DNA from: an uncultured Planctomycetaceae bacterium
GTDB taxonomy: Bacteria; Planctomycetota; Planctomycetia; Isosphaerales; Isosphaeraceae
NCBI GenBank assembly: GCA_963833985.1
Contig: CAWIAD010000002.1
Coordinates: 1,504,001-1,568,000 of the forward strand
Length of the DNA: 64,000 nt
Reading direction: 5' to 3'
In this document: positions 63,384-64,000 of the stretch, in pieces
Numbering within the stretch: position 1 is the first letter of the stretch
Layout: every line of letters begins with the position of its first letter
Program-made: the position numbers and the translations under genes
The notes under the pieces: generated by a model
The model's input: only the letters and a program-made list of their open reading frames with translations
What the model was told of the DNA's origin: nothing
Database searches by the model: none

Positions 63384-64000
63384 ATGACAGCAGAACAAGG
63401 CAAAGTGCGCGGTTCAGAAGGCTGGCGCCTGGCCTGCCGGCTGGCGAGCTACGGCAAGTTCCAGGATGGGGCCTGGGAGCACTTGCCGGCGATCGGCGTG
63501 CACCATGTGTTTCTGAGCGTCCCGGAACCGGAACAGGTCGAATCCGTCCGACGGCAACTCCAGGCGCATGGGCTCACGCCCTTGGTGCTGCGCGGGCAGG
63601 CCGACCTGGGAGACGCCGGCAGCGTGGAGACGCTGGCGGGTCAGCTTGCCGTATGCGAGCAGATGGGTGTTCATTTCATGTTCCTTTCACCCAGGCACAC
63701 CGGCGCCAGCAAGGAGCTTGCTTACCAGCGGCTCCGCCAAGTGGGCGAGATCGCCAGGCGCCACCACGTGACCGTGGTTTTGGAGACGCACCCGGACCTG
63801 GGAACCAATGCGGATGTCCAGCTCGAGACCATGAAGCAGGTCGATCATCCCAACATCCGCGTCAACTTCGACACGGGGAACATCACCTTCTACAACCAGG
63901 GGACCGATGCGGTTTCCGAACTGAAGAAGATCATCGGCTACGTGGCGACCGTCGAGCTCAAGGATCACGATGGGCGCCCAGGCAGCTGGACGTTTCCTGC
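63384..64000 (+). CDS. Sugar phosphate isomerase/epimerase (TIM barrel), truncated by window end
   Basis: Own translation: MTAEQGKVRGSEGWRLACRLASY...VVLETHP...RVNFDTGN...VELKDH, open to the end of the window. Confidence 0.85.
   Translation, partial: MTAEQGKVRGSEGWRLACRLASYGKFQDGAWEHLPAIGVHHVFLSVPEPEQVESVRRQLQAHGLTPLVLRGQADLGDAGSVETLAGQLAVCEQMGVHFMFLSPRHTGASKELAYQRLRQVGEIARRHHVTVVLETHPDLGTNADVQLETMKQVDHPNIRVNFDTGNITFYNQGTDAVSELKKIIGYVATVELKDHDGRPGSWTFP

Overview
GC-rich bacterial DNA, most likely from a planctomycete (Isosphaeraceae-like). This is inferred from the LEDRQLLA export motif, ASPIC/UnbV and secretin-motif proteins, and GYF-ExbD. At least eight genes are split by 1-2 nt indels in G/C runs, which suggests an unpolished long-read assembly. 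In order, the window holds: the end of a GH15 gene, EcsC, an NDP-sugar epimerase and PtsP; a signalling block (hybrid histidine kinase, REC-HATPase-PAS-GGDEF, REC-HATPase); ExbB with two ExbD; a long Y1/HUH transposase followed by a repeat-rich non-coding tail; a sugar ABC transporter, GNAT, a CYTH fusion, SulP, a Tat aminotransferase and a HAL2-type phosphatase; secreted beta-helix and beta-propeller proteins and an Fe-S aldo/keto reductase; a mobile/defence patch (RHS relic, complete IS4 with 11-bp target duplication, Tn3 relic, AbiE toxin-antitoxin with a perfect 19-bp inverted-repeat operator); hydrolases and TIM-barrel sugar isomerases; a seven-gene corrinoid methyl-transfer operon; and a RAYT transposase with an 8-unit head-to-tail REP array. 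The most interesting signals are: (1) the corrinoid operon with three URO-D-type methyltransferases, a homocysteine methyltransferase, DUF1638 and RACo amid sugar-catabolism genes; (2) a fixed-geometry non-coding module present three times, with a boxA-like motif upstream at both loci; (3) the CRISPR-mimicking REP array next to RAYT; (4) the REC-HATPase-PAS-GGDEF fusion; (5) evidence that the long Y1 transposase moves together with its non-coding 3' tail.
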